DNA of 64,000 nt. Source: an uncultured virus (IMG/VR IMGVR_UViG_3300025012_000068). Lineage: Duplodnaviria; Heunggongvirae; Uroviricota; Caudoviricetes. Numbering within the stretch: the stretch's first letter is position 1; the number at the start of each line of letters is the position of its first letter. The notes under the pieces were generated by a model. It was not told where the DNA came from and searched no databases. It worked only from the letters and a program-made list of their open reading frames with translations. Below are positions 17,681 to 27,944 of this stretch, in pieces. The position numbers were made by a program, and so were the translations under genes. The stretch lies in IMG/VR virus record IMGVR_UViG_3300025012_000068, positions 1-64,000 of that record. One strand, given 5' to 3'.

Positions 17681-17908
17681 GCGTACAACTTCTGAATCAT
17701 TATTTTTACCGGAGAAAACAAAATTACAATACTCTTTAAAAGTAAGAATGTTGTTTTTTCTTAATCTGGTTTGCAAACGTACCTGTAACATGCTTTTTTA
17801 GATACAGTATATTTATACCATAATGTGAACGTATAAACTCACTAAGTTTTACAAAGTCAGCATCACTTAATTCTTTGCTAGGTGTATCAATTTTCAGAAT
17901 AACCCCTA
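17675..17908 (-). pseudogene. frameshifted fragment resembling the CheR methyltransferase N-terminal domain
   Basis: ELSDADFVKLSEFIRSHYGIN / SMLQVRLQTRLRKNNILTFKEYCNFVFS...EVVR in two frames. Confidence 0.65.
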
Positions 17909-17911
17909 GTT

Positions 17912-18742
17912 TTAAAATAATGAATTAAAAATACTTGGTTCAAATACGTGAGACCATTCATTAAATTTCTTAAGTATTGAATTAAATTTATATTCTTCAA
18001 ATAAAGTTTTTATATTTTCTTTATTAAAAGTATATTCAGTATTCTCAATTTCTAATCCTGAAAAATCTAATAAGGTAAAATCAATTAGTGTAATATTTTG
18101 GATATATTGCTTTAGTTGGGCGTCACTCGCTAGGCTTTTCCATTTATCTATGCCATTTGCTGCTTTAAACGCTTTAGACTCACTTAATATTTTAATTATA
18201 TTGTCACTAGGATCTCCTGTTAAAGCCTTATAATCTGTAAATTTACCCGTTAATTTATCAGGAAGTTCTCTAAAACAATTATTAATCGGGTCATATATTT
18301 TAATATTATTAAATTGTTGTTTTAATTGAATAAAATCTTTATCATTACTTATAATAAAAATTTCATGGTATTTTGAATTTAGATTTTTACATAAGTAGTA
18401 TATAATATCGTCAGCTTCTCGATCTTTACAATATGCAGTTTTAATAGGAAAATTAGTAAGAATAGACTTCATTTTATTCATCTGTTGATAATATATATTA
18501 TCTAATTTCTGTCTATTTCCTTTATATTGAGAATATTCAGACTTTTTTTGTATAGGTGATCCATCTAATACAAAAAATAAATCTCGGCCTTCATTATCTT
18601 TATATAATTTATGGAATATATTTACAAATAAATATACTGCGGCATTACTATTAGGATCATTCTTAACACTATTCCATGCAAAAGGGATACGTAATGCCCG
18701 GTGCATTAAATTTGAAGCATCAATAAATACTGCAGATTTCAT
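17912..18742 (-). CDS. rnh: 5'-3' exonuclease / T4-type RNase H
   Basis: IDASN, YKGNR, EADD, SNDKDF and GDPSDNI motifs. Confidence 0.85.
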   Translation of the reverse strand: MKSAVFIDASNLMHRALRIPFAWNSVKNDPNSNAAVYLFVNIFHKLYKDNEGRDLFFVLDGSPIQKKSEYSQYKGNRQKLDNIYYQQMNKMKSILTNFPIKTAYCKDREADDIIYYLCKNLNSKYHEIFIISNDKDFIQLKQQFNNIKIYDPINNCFRELPDKLTGKFTDYKALTGDPSDNIIKILSESKAFKAANGIDKWKSLASDAQLKQYIQNITLIDFTLLDFSGLEIENTEYTFNKENIKTLFEEYKFNSILKKFNEWSHVFEPSIFNSLF

Positions 18743-18743
18743 T

Positions 18744-19100
18744 TTAAAATTCTAAGGCTTTAAATTTTTCCTTTTTTAATTCTATGGAAATAATTTCAAA
18801 AAGTATTTCTAAAGTATCTCTATTAGGAATAGATTCTATAGATGACCCTATTATATTTGATTTAATACTAATGCTATCATAATCATGTGATGTAATTGTA
18901 AAACCTGTATTATCTAGATTAGATAATGTAGTATTTAAAAATTCTATTATGATTTTATAGTCATCTAGTTTTTTAATATTAAATTTACCATATTTATTAT
19001 TAAAAAGATAAGATTGTTCTTGTTTTGACTTTAATAATTGGATAGTATTAACCCAAATATTGTCTTTTAGCTCTGCTTCTTTTTTATGTTCTATAAACAT
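18744..19100 (-). CDS. hypothetical protein
   Basis: Coupled ORF. Confidence 0.5.
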   Translation of the reverse strand: MFIEHKKEAELKDNIWVNTIQLLKSKQEQSYLFNNKYGKFNIKKLDDYKIIIEFLNTTLSNLDNTGFTITSHDYDSISIKSNIIGSSIESIPNRDTLEILFEIISIELKKEKFKALEF

Positions 19101-19103
19101 TGT

Positions 19104-19760
19104 TTAAAAAAAATCGTTAAAATTATTATAATTATTTAAAATATTATATTCTTCGTTTAATTCTAAAATTATTAGTTCTTTATATTGATAATCTAAAAAA
19201 TCAAATAATTTTTTATAATTGATATTAGTATATTTACTTACTGTATCAAATATACTAATAAATGTATAATCATTGCATATTGGTTTAACTTCAGCAAGAA
19301 TCATTGAAAAAATAGTATTGATTTCTTGTTTATTAAATTTTCTTTTTTCTAATGTTTTATTTAAATTTAATAAGGTTCTAATATCTTCATTATTTTCTAT
19401 ATATGACTCTATATGTTTTTGCGAGATGTTATTAATAATAAATTTAGCAGGTTCATAATTTTCCATATATAAATTTGAGTAAGACGCGTCAATTTGAAGT
19501 GACTTACCGTATTCATATTCACATGGATCTTTTAAATTATTTCCGTCATTATATGACGTATTATAAATTTTATTATGCTTTGCTTTTTCTAAATGTATTT
19601 CCCAATTTAAATCAGATACCTCTTCAATAGAGGTATGTCTAGAATAGTCTATATCAGTTTCGGGCAAATTATGAATATCGTTGGATGGATCAGTTTCAGC
19701 ATTTCTGTTATTTAATTCATCAGTTTCTTTATTACTATTATAATCGAATTGATTTACCAT
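19104..19760 (-). CDS. hypothetical protein
   Basis: 218-aa ORF. Confidence 0.55.
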   Translation of the reverse strand: MVNQFDYNSNKETDELNNRNAETDPSNDIHNLPETDIDYSRHTSIEEVSDLNWEIHLEKAKHNKIYNTSYNDGNNLKDPCEYEYGKSLQIDASYSNLYMENYEPAKFIINNISQKHIESYIENNEDIRTLLNLNKTLEKRKFNKQEINTIFSMILAEVKPICNDYTFISIFDTVSKYTNINYKKLFDFLDYQYKELIILELNEEYNILNNYNNFNDFF

Positions 19761-19836
19761 TTATAATTAAAGTTATTTTTAAGCTAAAATAACAAAGGTT
19801 AATTTAACATTTACTCAAAAATTTTATTAAAAACTG

Positions 19837-20211
19837 TTAAAATTGTTTTAAATAGGAATCTAATTCTTTAAAATTATTAATTGCTTTATCGTCTATGAAA
19901 ATATCATAATTAGGTTTTGTTAAATCTATTTTATGATATTTAACTCCCCATCTATTAAACTGTTTTATAGTTTCAACAGTCCAATCTATTTTAGAAGATG
20001 CGCCTCGAGCTGAATAAAATGTTATAGTATTTCCAGCATCATATAACTCATTTACTATTTCTATATTTTCTATAATAGGCTCGCTCTTAGAATAATCTAA
20101 TCCATATTTATCAATATCTAAAATTGCAATTGTTTTATCAATATCAATAAAAATATTTAATCCAGACGGATATTTTTTATTTTCTTTAATATAATTTATA
20201 AAATCTTTCAT
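19837..20211 (-). CDS. HAD-family phosphatase (capsule-biosynthesis phosphatase-like)
   Basis: DIDKT, YSARG and KP.YDIFIDDK motifs. Confidence 0.75.
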   Translation of the reverse strand: MKDFINYIKENKKYPSGLNIFIDIDKTIAILDIDKYGLDYSKSEPIIENIEIVNELYDAGNTITFYSARGASSKIDWTVETIKQFNRWGVKYHKIDLTKPNYDIFIDDKAINNFKELDSYLKQF

Positions 20212-20252
20212 ACCCTGTCCAATTTAATCAATCTCCTTCTACTGTATAAATG

Positions 20253-20573
20253 CTAACTGATGTTTTTACCTATCATATTAATTCTATAATAATCATTTAA
20301 ATTTAAAAATATATTAAATAGGCTGTCTATAATTACTATTTTTTCATCTTTGCTAATGTATTGTTCTAATTCATAAAAATCAGTAGTCTCTTGGCCAATG
20401 CCTTTAGTATTTAACTCTTTTTTAAATTTAATTAATTCATCTTCTACAGATTCTCCAGATTTAGATTTTCCGTATTTTAATAGCCAGCCTATAATTTCAG
20501 TTAAATCTTCATTATAAATATTATTGGCGGAGTCTTTTATAAAATCTTCAAAGATTTTAACATATTTTTTCAT
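20253..20573 (-). CDS. hypothetical protein (YVKIFEDF N-terminus)
   Basis: 106-aa ORF with AATAAATAA upstream. Confidence 0.5.
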   Translation of the reverse strand: MKKYVKIFEDFIKDSANNIYNEDLTEIIGWLLKYGKSKSGESVEDELIKFKKELNTKGIGQETTDFYELEQYISKDEKIVIIDSLFNIFLNLNDYYRINMIGKNIS

Positions 20574-20694
20574 TAAATTAATCCCTTTCTTTTTATTTAT
20601 TTAGATTACTATTTTTATTTTGCTTAACTTTTTAGGATTCTTAAATGTTAAATCATATTATCTTTTATAATTATTTGTGATGGCAATAAACGCT

Positions 20695-20825
20695 CCATAA
20701 CATACAATAACAGCAAGTGGGGGCTTGTGTCACATTGAAGCTATCTTGTGTCTAATGAAGCTTATCGTCAAGTGAAAGTACGGTGCATTTAATCCCCACC
20801 TGACTGTTAGTGTCATCAGTTAGTC
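20695..20825 (+). repeat. attC-like hairpin site
   Basis: CCATAAC-AT-ACAATAACAGCAAGTGGGG / CCCCACCTGACTGTTAGTGT-CATCA-GTTAGTC. Confidence 0.8.
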
Positions 20826-21107
20826 ACAATTGTCTGGGAACATATAGTTACCAACGTATTTTAGCTGTTTCAACTTTACACAGTCATCGCATATAGCCAA
20901 AACATACATATCTCCATCAAGTAAACTGCCATACCCAGCACTTATCTTTTCAACTATTCCACCATTCCACATACCTTCCCAATCCTTATCTTTTGGCAGT
21001 CCATCAAGTTTCTTTATTTCTTTTCCGCAACAAATACAATTGTGGCTAACCTCACTTATATTCAATTGCGTTTTTTGTGGTTCATTCAAGTTTTCGTTTT
21101 CTAACAT
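20820..21107 (-). CDS. cassette ORF, Zn-binding hypothetical (start MLENENL)
   Basis: Body bounded by GTTAGTCACAATTGT / ACAATTGTGGCTAAC; CICC...GYGS..D...ICDDC. Confidence 0.6.
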   Translation of the reverse strand: MLENENLNEPQKTQLNISEVSHNCICCGKEIKKLDGLPKDKDWEGMWNGGIVEKISAGYGSLLDGDMYVLAICDDCVKLKQLKYVGNYMFPDNCD

Positions 21108-21132
21108 AATTCTGTTTTTATTTTTTAAGTAT

Positions 21133-21375
21133 TTAATTATTAAACATTTGACAAATAAAAGCCGATTGCATAACACAATTCTTGCATTTAAATATCTTAT
21201 GAGTAACACCCATTCTTCCACTCCCATCCTTATTACTGGTGTTTTTATAAAATATTTCTATATCTTGGTTGTCGCAGCACTTCATATGGCTTATACTAGC
21301 AGGTTTATTCAATTGCTCACATTCATATGCTTCAACAATCATTTTTGCTTTTAAGTATTCTTTTTCTGTTATCAT
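21133..21375 (-). CDS. cassette-derived ORF sharing the MITEKxYLKAK leader
   Basis: N-terminus similar to 8732..8902, unrelated body. Confidence 0.55.
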   Translation of the reverse strand: MITEKEYLKAKMIVEAYECEQLNKPASISHMKCCDNQDIEIFYKNTSNKDGSGRMGVTHKIFKCKNCVMQSAFICQMFNN

Positions 21376-21737
21376 TTTTTATAGTTTTAAATCACCCCTA
21401 TATATAACGTAGTAAAGAAAATATCTATGATAATACTCTGAAATGACATTTTTGACACCATTAAGTTTCCGTTGCAACTTGCTATTTATAATCAATAGTT
21501 GGTATTTTTATCTTTTTTATAAAAACCATGTGTATATTGAAGTAATATACAGCGATAATTCCGCACAGGTTTTCAAATTAAGGTTAAATTCTAGTCTTTT
21601 TAAGTTTAACACAGCACTAGAATATATTATTAAAACTAAAAGTATAGTCCATAAAATAGACCAAACTTTTAAAAAGAAAATTATTAGTTCTATAATCATT
21701 TGAATTTAACTATTGGTATACGTATAAGCATTAAAAT

Positions 21738-21770
21738 AAAAATAGCCTAATTAAAAATTAGGCTATTTTT
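21738..21770. terminator. intrinsic terminator-like hairpin
   Basis: AAAAATAGCCTAATT / AATTAGGCTATTTTT downstream of 21791..22012. Confidence 0.7.
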
Positions 21771-21790
21771 ATAAATTTAAAAAATACTCA

Positions 21791-22012
21791 CTATTTTCTG
21801 TTTTTAATAACCGTAGCGGTGTATTTCATAATTTCTCCTGATGGATTACTAGACTCTCCATTAATAACTCTCCATACATGGCTGTAGTCATACCCAGTCG
21901 CTCTAGCAATCTTAGTATAATCACCTACTTTAATCTTACGAACTACGTCACTACTTCCTTTTGTTACTTTTGCAACGGCTTTAACAGCAGTTTTCAGTTT
22001 GTTTGTTTTCAT
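21791..22012 (-). CDS. small basic HTH-like DNA-binding protein
   Basis: YTKIARATGYDYSHVWRVING; own promoter motifs and terminator. Confidence 0.6.
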   Translation of the reverse strand: MKTNKLKTAVKAVAKVTKGSSDVVRKIKVGDYTKIARATGYDYSHVWRVINGESSNPSGEIMKYTATVIKNRK

Positions 22013-22050
22013 TTTTTAATTGTTTTAAGTTAATAATGATTGTTATACTG

Positions 22051-22081
22051 CAAATATATTAATTTATCTTTAATTTGTTTC
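22051..22081 (-). promoter_or_regulatory. promoter with TAnnTTTG and GAAAC-N18-TATA elements
   Basis: Minus strand GAAACAAATTAAAGATAAATTAATATATTTG. Confidence 0.5.
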
Positions 22082-22124
22082 ACCTATTTTTAAATAAAAA
22101 TATAACTAATTGATATTAAATTAA

Positions 22125-22529
22125 TTATTTTTTATATTTAATTAAGGTTTTTAATTTAAATTTAGTCATTTCATGTTCGTTATATTCAATTGCCATATAA
22201 AATCCATCAGGGTCTGTGTATTTAAAAGGAAAAGACTTGATATTATTAATTTCAATTATTTTTATATTTAAAGATTCTAGTAGAGTGAAGTCTAATATAA
22301 TTGGTGAATCATGTAATTTACCAAATATAGCATTATTATAAAAATATGTTGGGGTAGTTATAAAAATAGAATTACCTTTAACACTAACTATTTTAAAAAA
22401 AGAGCTGAATCCAAGACCCAGTGGGTATTGCGTCATAGCATTGGTACATCCGTTTAATGTAACAAAGTTTTTTGATGTATAATAAATTTTATTTTTTGTA
22501 AAATCATTTATACTTTTTATAAATTTCAT
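22125..22529 (-). CDS. hypothetical protein
   Basis: 134-aa ORF. Confidence 0.5.
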   Translation of the reverse strand: MKFIKSINDFTKNKIYYTSKNFVTLNGCTNAMTQYPLGLGFSSFFKIVSVKGNSIFITTPTYFYNNAIFGKLHDSPIILDFTLLESLNIKIIEINNIKSFPFKYTDPDGFYMAIEYNEHEMTKFKLKTLIKYKK

Positions 22530-22531
22530 AG

Positions 22532-23404
22532 TTATGCAATAACTGAACTTAGTATTGTATTATCTATATTATTATAGTCATATAAATCTTGATAAGTTAA
22601 AAGAAGAGTGTTTCTGTATATATTTATTTTTATATAGTTTTTATCAAGTAGTTTAAACTTATTAATACAATCCGTAATTTTAATAAAGTCATCAATTTTT
22701 ATTTTAATAGAAAACGATTCATTCTTAAATGTTTTTATATCAAAATTTTTAAATATTATATCAGATTTAATTTTTTCATCTTTTACTGATAATAATTTAT
22801 TGTCAATAGATAAAATTATCACGTTATCATCATCTCCGGCTCTTGTTGTTTTTATAATATCTATTGAGTCTATTAAATCATTTATATGTTCGGCATTTAA
22901 TAATAGTTCGGCATATAAATCTTTTATATTTAGGTTTTCCCAATTTAAAAAATTTAACATTTTTTGATTATCAATTGGAAAATATTCAGAATATCCTAAA
23001 CTAATATTATAATTAAATTTATGAGTAGAACTATCTAATATTAATGAAATAAATCTAAGCTCATTACTATCAGAATCATAATTAAGTATAAAATTTAATA
23101 ATTCCTTTTTCATAGTTTTCTTAATAAAGTTTAGTATCTTTATAGATTCTTTATTAAGATTTAAAGTAGAAGAAAATAATCCAGTATTAGTGTCTTTAAT
23201 ATAGTTACTTGAATAATTATTAAGATTAAATTTAATGGTTCTAACACAATTTTTTCCTGTACCAGATAGTAATATTAAATAATCATTATCTTTATCCAGG
23301 CTTAATGTAAACTTAGTAGTTTCACCTAATTTATTAAACGATTCTATACATGAAATTAAATTAGATAATTGTTTTTGGTCAAACTGAATTATTTTCTGTT
23401 TCAT
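22532..23404 (-). CDS. hypothetical protein, possibly sliding-clamp-like
   Basis: Size, apparent two-domain alpha/beta pattern and replication context only. Confidence 0.3.
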   Translation of the reverse strand: MKQKIIQFDQKQLSNLISCIESFNKLGETTKFTLSLDKDNDYLILLSGTGKNCVRTIKFNLNNYSSNYIKDTNTGLFSSTLNLNKESIKILNFIKKTMKKELLNFILNYDSDSNELRFISLILDSSTHKFNYNISLGYSEYFPIDNQKMLNFLNWENLNIKDLYAELLLNAEHINDLIDSIDIIKTTRAGDDDNVIILSIDNKLLSVKDEKIKSDIIFKNFDIKTFKNESFSIKIKIDDFIKITDCINKFKLLDKNYIKINIYRNTLLLTYQDLYDYNNIDNTILSSVIA

Positions 23405-24048
23405 ATTTCGATAATTACTCCATTATTTGATTTTCTATAATATAAATTTAACACTGAGGCATTAATAAATTCAGTATTACAATTGTCTATTTTTTTAGTT
23501 TTGCCACCGTCTTCGTGAATATGACCAAATATATGGTATTTTGGTTGTATTTCCATTATCTTTTCATATAAAAATTCACACCCGACTGACTCATTAGTCG
23601 TAATAGTAAAATCTAATATACCTTTAGGCGGTCCATGAGTTATTAATATATCAGTATTACTAGGTATTTCATCCCAATACGGTTTAAGCTTATTTCTTGG
23701 TACATTAAACCCCCAGCCATGTCCAAATGATGGAGTATATGGACTACCAAATACATTTAACCCACTAATTTCTTTTAACTCATGTTCTAAATAAATAATT
23801 TCTTCTGGAATATCTCCTCTTAAAATTAAGCCAGTGTCTATACTAGTATCATGATTTCCAGCAGAATATACTTTATATTTAATAGGTAAATTTTTATACC
23901 AATTAAAAAAGTCTTTTAATGGAGCTTCATTTAATGCTGGGTTTCGGCAGGTTCCAGCATCTCCTGCGCAAATTACCATATCAACATTATTTGGAATTTC
24001 TAATTCATTATGCTCATTATGAGTATCACTTATACACCATATTTTCAT
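23401..24048 (-). CDS. calcineurin-like metallophosphoesterase
   Basis: SDTH, AGD, GNHD, THGPP and GHIHE motifs. Confidence 0.85.
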   Translation of the reverse strand: MKIWCISDTHNEHNELEIPNNVDMVICAGDAGTCRNPALNEAPLKDFFNWYKNLPIKYKVYSAGNHDTSIDTGLILRGDIPEEIIYLEHELKEISGLNVFGSPYTPSFGHGWGFNVPRNKLKPYWDEIPSNTDILITHGPPKGILDFTITTNESVGCEFLYEKIMEIQPKYHIFGHIHEDGGKTKKIDNCNTEFINASVLNLYYRKSNNGVIIEI

Positions 24049-24050
24049 AG

Positions 24051-25593
24051 TTATAGTTTTATTTTATGTTTAAAAATTTTGAAATTTTGTTCTTTATAAA
24101 TTTTTTCTCTTTCTTTAGAATGCTTATTTGAATATCCGTCTAAATCATCTATTATATCAATAATTTTAATTTCAGTTTTTCCTGTGTAATTTCTAAGTCC
24201 TCTACCTATGCTTTGACGAATTAGTACTTCACTTTTATAAGATTCCGCGAAAATTATATTAAATAAATTTTTAATATTAATACCAGTAGAAAACGTTGGA
24301 AAACTTGCAACAATAACTATATTATCTCCGTTCTCCATTTCTTTTATATATAAATCTCTATCATCTTTTGAAACTGAGCCGTCAATATATCTGCACGTTT
24401 TATGTTTTATTAATTCATCTTTAATTTGTAATCCATAACCATCCTTAATATTACTAAATAATACTAATGTATTTTTAGTTGTCTTTTTTAAGAAATCAGT
24501 TACCCATTTAAATCTACTGTCATTCTGTATTACTAAGTCTTTCTCAGTTTTATATAAAAATTGACCAAATTTGTTTTTATCTTTGAACATAGTATGTCCA
24601 TTATCTTTTATATTTAAATAATTAGCAATTACCGGATCAGTTTTGTCGTACTCGAGAAACATTTGATGTATATTAACATTTGGACTTATTTTTTGCTGTA
24701 TTAAATAATCAGTTTTAACTATATATACAATTGGTCCAATTGTTTTTTGTATTTTAAAATATGTAGAATCATCTGTTTTTAAATCGACTGTTCCGGATAA
24801 ACCTAACAGTATATTAGGAGATTTAATCTTTTCTAATATTTTAGGAATACTATCTGATTTACTTCTATGGCATTCATCAATTATAATATTATTAATTTTT
24901 TCATAAAAACCTTCTTCTAAATTAATAAGGGTTTGATATGTCGCTATTATAATATTTGAATTATCTAATTCATCTTGACTTGGCTTTTTATGGCCGCCTC
25001 CAATTTTTACTACATTTAATGGCAAAATTTCATTATTATATTCTATCCACTCATTTTCAATTTGGCCAATTAAAGTTTTATTGGGTACTATTATTAATAG
25101 TTTTTTATCTTTTGTTATTTCTCTTTTATGATGTAAGTATGCATATATTATAAATGCAATTAAAGTTTTTCCAGCAGACGTTGCAAGCTCTCCTATACAA
25201 TACTTATATTTAAGCATTTTATATGCTGCTTGAATTTGGTATGGCCTATCTGACGGGTTTATTTTAGAATTTTTAAAAAATACATCACTAAACTTATTAA
25301 TATCATCTTCAATAACGTTATTATCGAATATATCTTCTAAACCTTCTATTTGTACTTCTATATTATTAGATTCTGAAAAACGAATTACTTCAGCCCAAAA
25401 ACCAATAGACACTTTTCCATCTTCATAAAAATTGTCATAGCCGTCCCATATTTTTTTTTTTGAACCGCCAGTCGAAAAAATATCCTGGGGCTCTCTTTTT
25501 AAAATGAAGTTTAAAAGCGTTTAGCTCTTGTTTAAACTCGTAATGTATTAATTGTAAGTATGACTTACAATCTGAAACTCTAAGTTTTATCAT
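24051..25593 (-). CDS. uvsW: UvsW-like SF2 helicase; frameshift in the T11 run at 25451-25461
   Basis: RPYQ, ATSAGKT, DECH, SGT and QSIGRGLR motifs; upstream frame from ATG 25593 joins at FKKKIWDGY if one base is removed. Confidence 0.85.
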
Positions 25594-25647
25594 TTATTTT
25601 TATATAGGTATTATTTGAGTAGTTGTTATAAGGTATATACTTAATGA

Positions 25648-26103
25648 CTATCTTCCAGGAACGGCCCCAAACATTGATTCAATATCTAATCTCATTTTTA
25701 GTCCAAATAACGCTGAGTCTAGAGTTTTTATAGTTCCTTCATAAAAATTTATTTGATTTTCAAATAAATCTAATTTATGTTTAAGTTCAGAATGAGTTCC
25801 TTCTATAATTGCATTTTTTTCATTTTGCTGATACCTATATTGAAAAGACTCTCCTAATTTTTTAAATTCTTTTTGTTTCTCTTCTCTAAATTTCTTTTGT
25901 AATAAATTATATATGTCATATAATTCATGGTTTTCTTCTATTAAGCGTTGTCTAAGTGATAATAGATTAATTTGTATATTAACTAAGTTCTTAATATCTT
26001 TTAATGATGATATATTAATATTAATTTCTTCATTTATTTCTTTATGTTTCTTCTTTAATTTATTTTCTAGTGAGTCTTTATTATTTTTTACTTCGTCTTC
26101 CAT
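25648..26103 (-). CDS. UvsY-like recombination mediator (helical)
   Basis: Coiled-coil protein of typical size adjacent to uvsW. Confidence 0.5.
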   Translation of the reverse strand: MEDEVKNNKDSLENKLKKKHKEINEEININISSLKDIKNLVNIQINLLSLRQRLIEENHELYDIYNLLQKKFREEKQKEFKKLGESFQYRYQQNEKNAIIEGTHSELKHKLDLFENQINFYEGTIKTLDSALFGLKMRLDIESMFGAVPGR

Positions 26104-26234
26104 CTTTTTGTATTTTAAAATTATTTAATAAATTTAAGTTATCATCAATTTTTATTTTAAAGCCTAGGTCTTCTGATATTTTTAATTTAGATTTTAATTC
26201 AGATAGTTCCTCTAATATTTCTGTTATTTTAACA

Positions 26235-26705
26235 TCATTCATCAATTTTATTTATTAGAGTATTTAATTTGCGCTTAGCTGTACTAACGCTTATAAAATT
26301 TGATTCTTTAACTGGTATTTGAAAAAATGAAGTTTCAATAATTTCAACACTGCCATCTTTATTAAAAATAGTTTCGTGGTATGCGTTACACTTACCTTTT
26401 ATATAATAAATGTGTTTAATTTTATTATATTCAGCTAATGATATTTTAAGTAAATACATTTTTTTCTTGAAATCCCCAATTATTTCTCCAGTAAGAGTAA
26501 TGTCGTCGTCTTCTTGTATATTAAATTTAAAAGTACTTTCATAATACCCATAATTAAATTGTACAACATCTCCGACTTCATATTTAGATTTAACATCTTT
26601 ACATTTATATGAAACTTGCTCTTTTATTTTATATGATTTTAATTTATTTTTAATATCACAATTTTTTAAAGAACAATATCTACAATTATAAATACGTACT
26701 GACAT
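26235..26705 (-). CDS. hypothetical protein
   Basis: 156-aa ORF. Confidence 0.5.
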   Translation of the reverse strand: MSVRIYNCRYCSLKNCDIKNKLKSYKIKEQVSYKCKDVKSKYEVGDVVQFNYGYYESTFKFNIQEDDDITLTGEIIGDFKKKMYLLKISLAEYNKIKHIYYIKGKCNAYHETIFNKDGSVEIIETSFFQIPVKESNFISVSTAKRKLNTLINKIDE

Positions 26706-26725
26706 TTAAACGGTTTATCTTATTT

Positions 26726-27898
26726 TTATAAAAATAATAAGTCAAATTTATTATTACTGAAAAACTCCTGTATAATTTTATTAAATTCTACGTAATTTGT
26801 TTTATTCCATTTAAATAACCATTTAAATGCATCATTAATATCTTTTATTTTATTTAATTCTAATTTAGCAGTAGGGCTAGAAACATTTTTATATTTAGAC
26901 AGTAGTTTTTTCCATAAAAAAACATGTTTCCCATTTTTAAGATATTCTATACTAGCTAAAATACCTTCTTTATCATTATCTAATAATAAATAATAATTAC
27001 TTATTTTATTTAATAATTCATGCCCCTTATTTACTCCAGTTATACATAATGAGTTATATACGAACGGATAATCAAATGTCCCTTCTGCTACATATACCCT
27101 TTCTTTAAAATTAACATTTAAAATATTCCAATATTGATTTATATTACCAATTAATACTAACTCATCTTCATTAAATAAATCCTTTGATTCCTTAAACCAA
27201 TCTTCTATTATTTTATCATAATTACATATTATATATTTCTTATATGTAATTGGCCTAATTGTTACTCCAATAACTTTTTTAGTGTTAATATCAATATTAA
27301 ATGAGTATATTTTTGAATCACTGGAATCGGCGTATATAAAATTAGAGGTAAATTCAATGGGTATTTCAGTAAGGCACCTAGATTCCAAAAATTTATAAGC
27401 TTTACTTTCTTTATTTAATTCAATAAGTGAAATTAAATTTAATTTTGCTTTAAAATCATCTATAGTAAAAAGTCTTTCAAATATTTTTTTATTTTGTAGT
27501 TGCCGAATTACTGGATTATCACTAGAATAAAAATCAGTTTCTTTAAAAAAGTTATCAGACTCAGACTTAATTTCTTCATCGGCCTCAGATATAAATGTAT
27601 TAATTTGATCTAATGAAAAATATGAAGATAAATTTATGCTTAATTTTTTGGAAGTATTTAATAAAAATTTATTAAGAGAACTAAAATGCCCACAATTCCA
27701 ACATTTATATGTTTTACTTTTAATATAAATATTTCCTCGTTTTTTAGTTGAATTATTTTTAGAATCTCCACAAATTGGACACGCTATGTCAATTCTTTTA
27801 TGTGAGGTTGCTTCGTCTAATTGCTGTTTTTTAGAGTCATTAGGAAATTTTCTCTTTAAAATTTCCTTAGTTATTACTTTAACAAAATTAATATCCAT
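26726..27898 (-). CDS. gp61: DNA primase (T4 gp61-like)
   Basis: CPICGDS...KKRG...CWNCG zinc domain; EGTFD and LDNDKEG TOPRIM motifs; KDIND. Confidence 0.85.
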   Translation of the reverse strand: MDINFVKVITKEILKRKFPNDSKKQQLDEATSHKRIDIACPICGDSKNNSTKKRGNIYIKSKTYKCWNCGHFSSLNKFLLNTSKKLSINLSSYFSLDQINTFISEADEEIKSESDNFFKETDFYSSDNPVIRQLQNKKIFERLFTIDDFKAKLNLISLIELNKESKAYKFLESRCLTEIPIEFTSNFIYADSSDSKIYSFNIDINTKKVIGVTIRPITYKKYIICNYDKIIEDWFKESKDLFNEDELVLIGNINQYWNILNVNFKERVYVAEGTFDYPFVYNSLCITGVNKGHELLNKISNYYLLLDNDKEGILASIEYLKNGKHVFLWKKLLSKYKNVSSPTAKLELNKIKDINDAFKWLFKWNKTNYVEFNKIIQEFFSNNKFDLLFL

Positions 27899-27944
27899 TT
27901 ACTCTTATAGTAGATAATAAGATTAATGTTTTAAAAATAATTAA

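Larger units (their letters stand above)
20695..21400 (+). mobile_element. decayed cassette array 3
   Basis: One full hairpin (20695-20825) and half sites at 21044 and about 21291. Confidence 0.65.
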
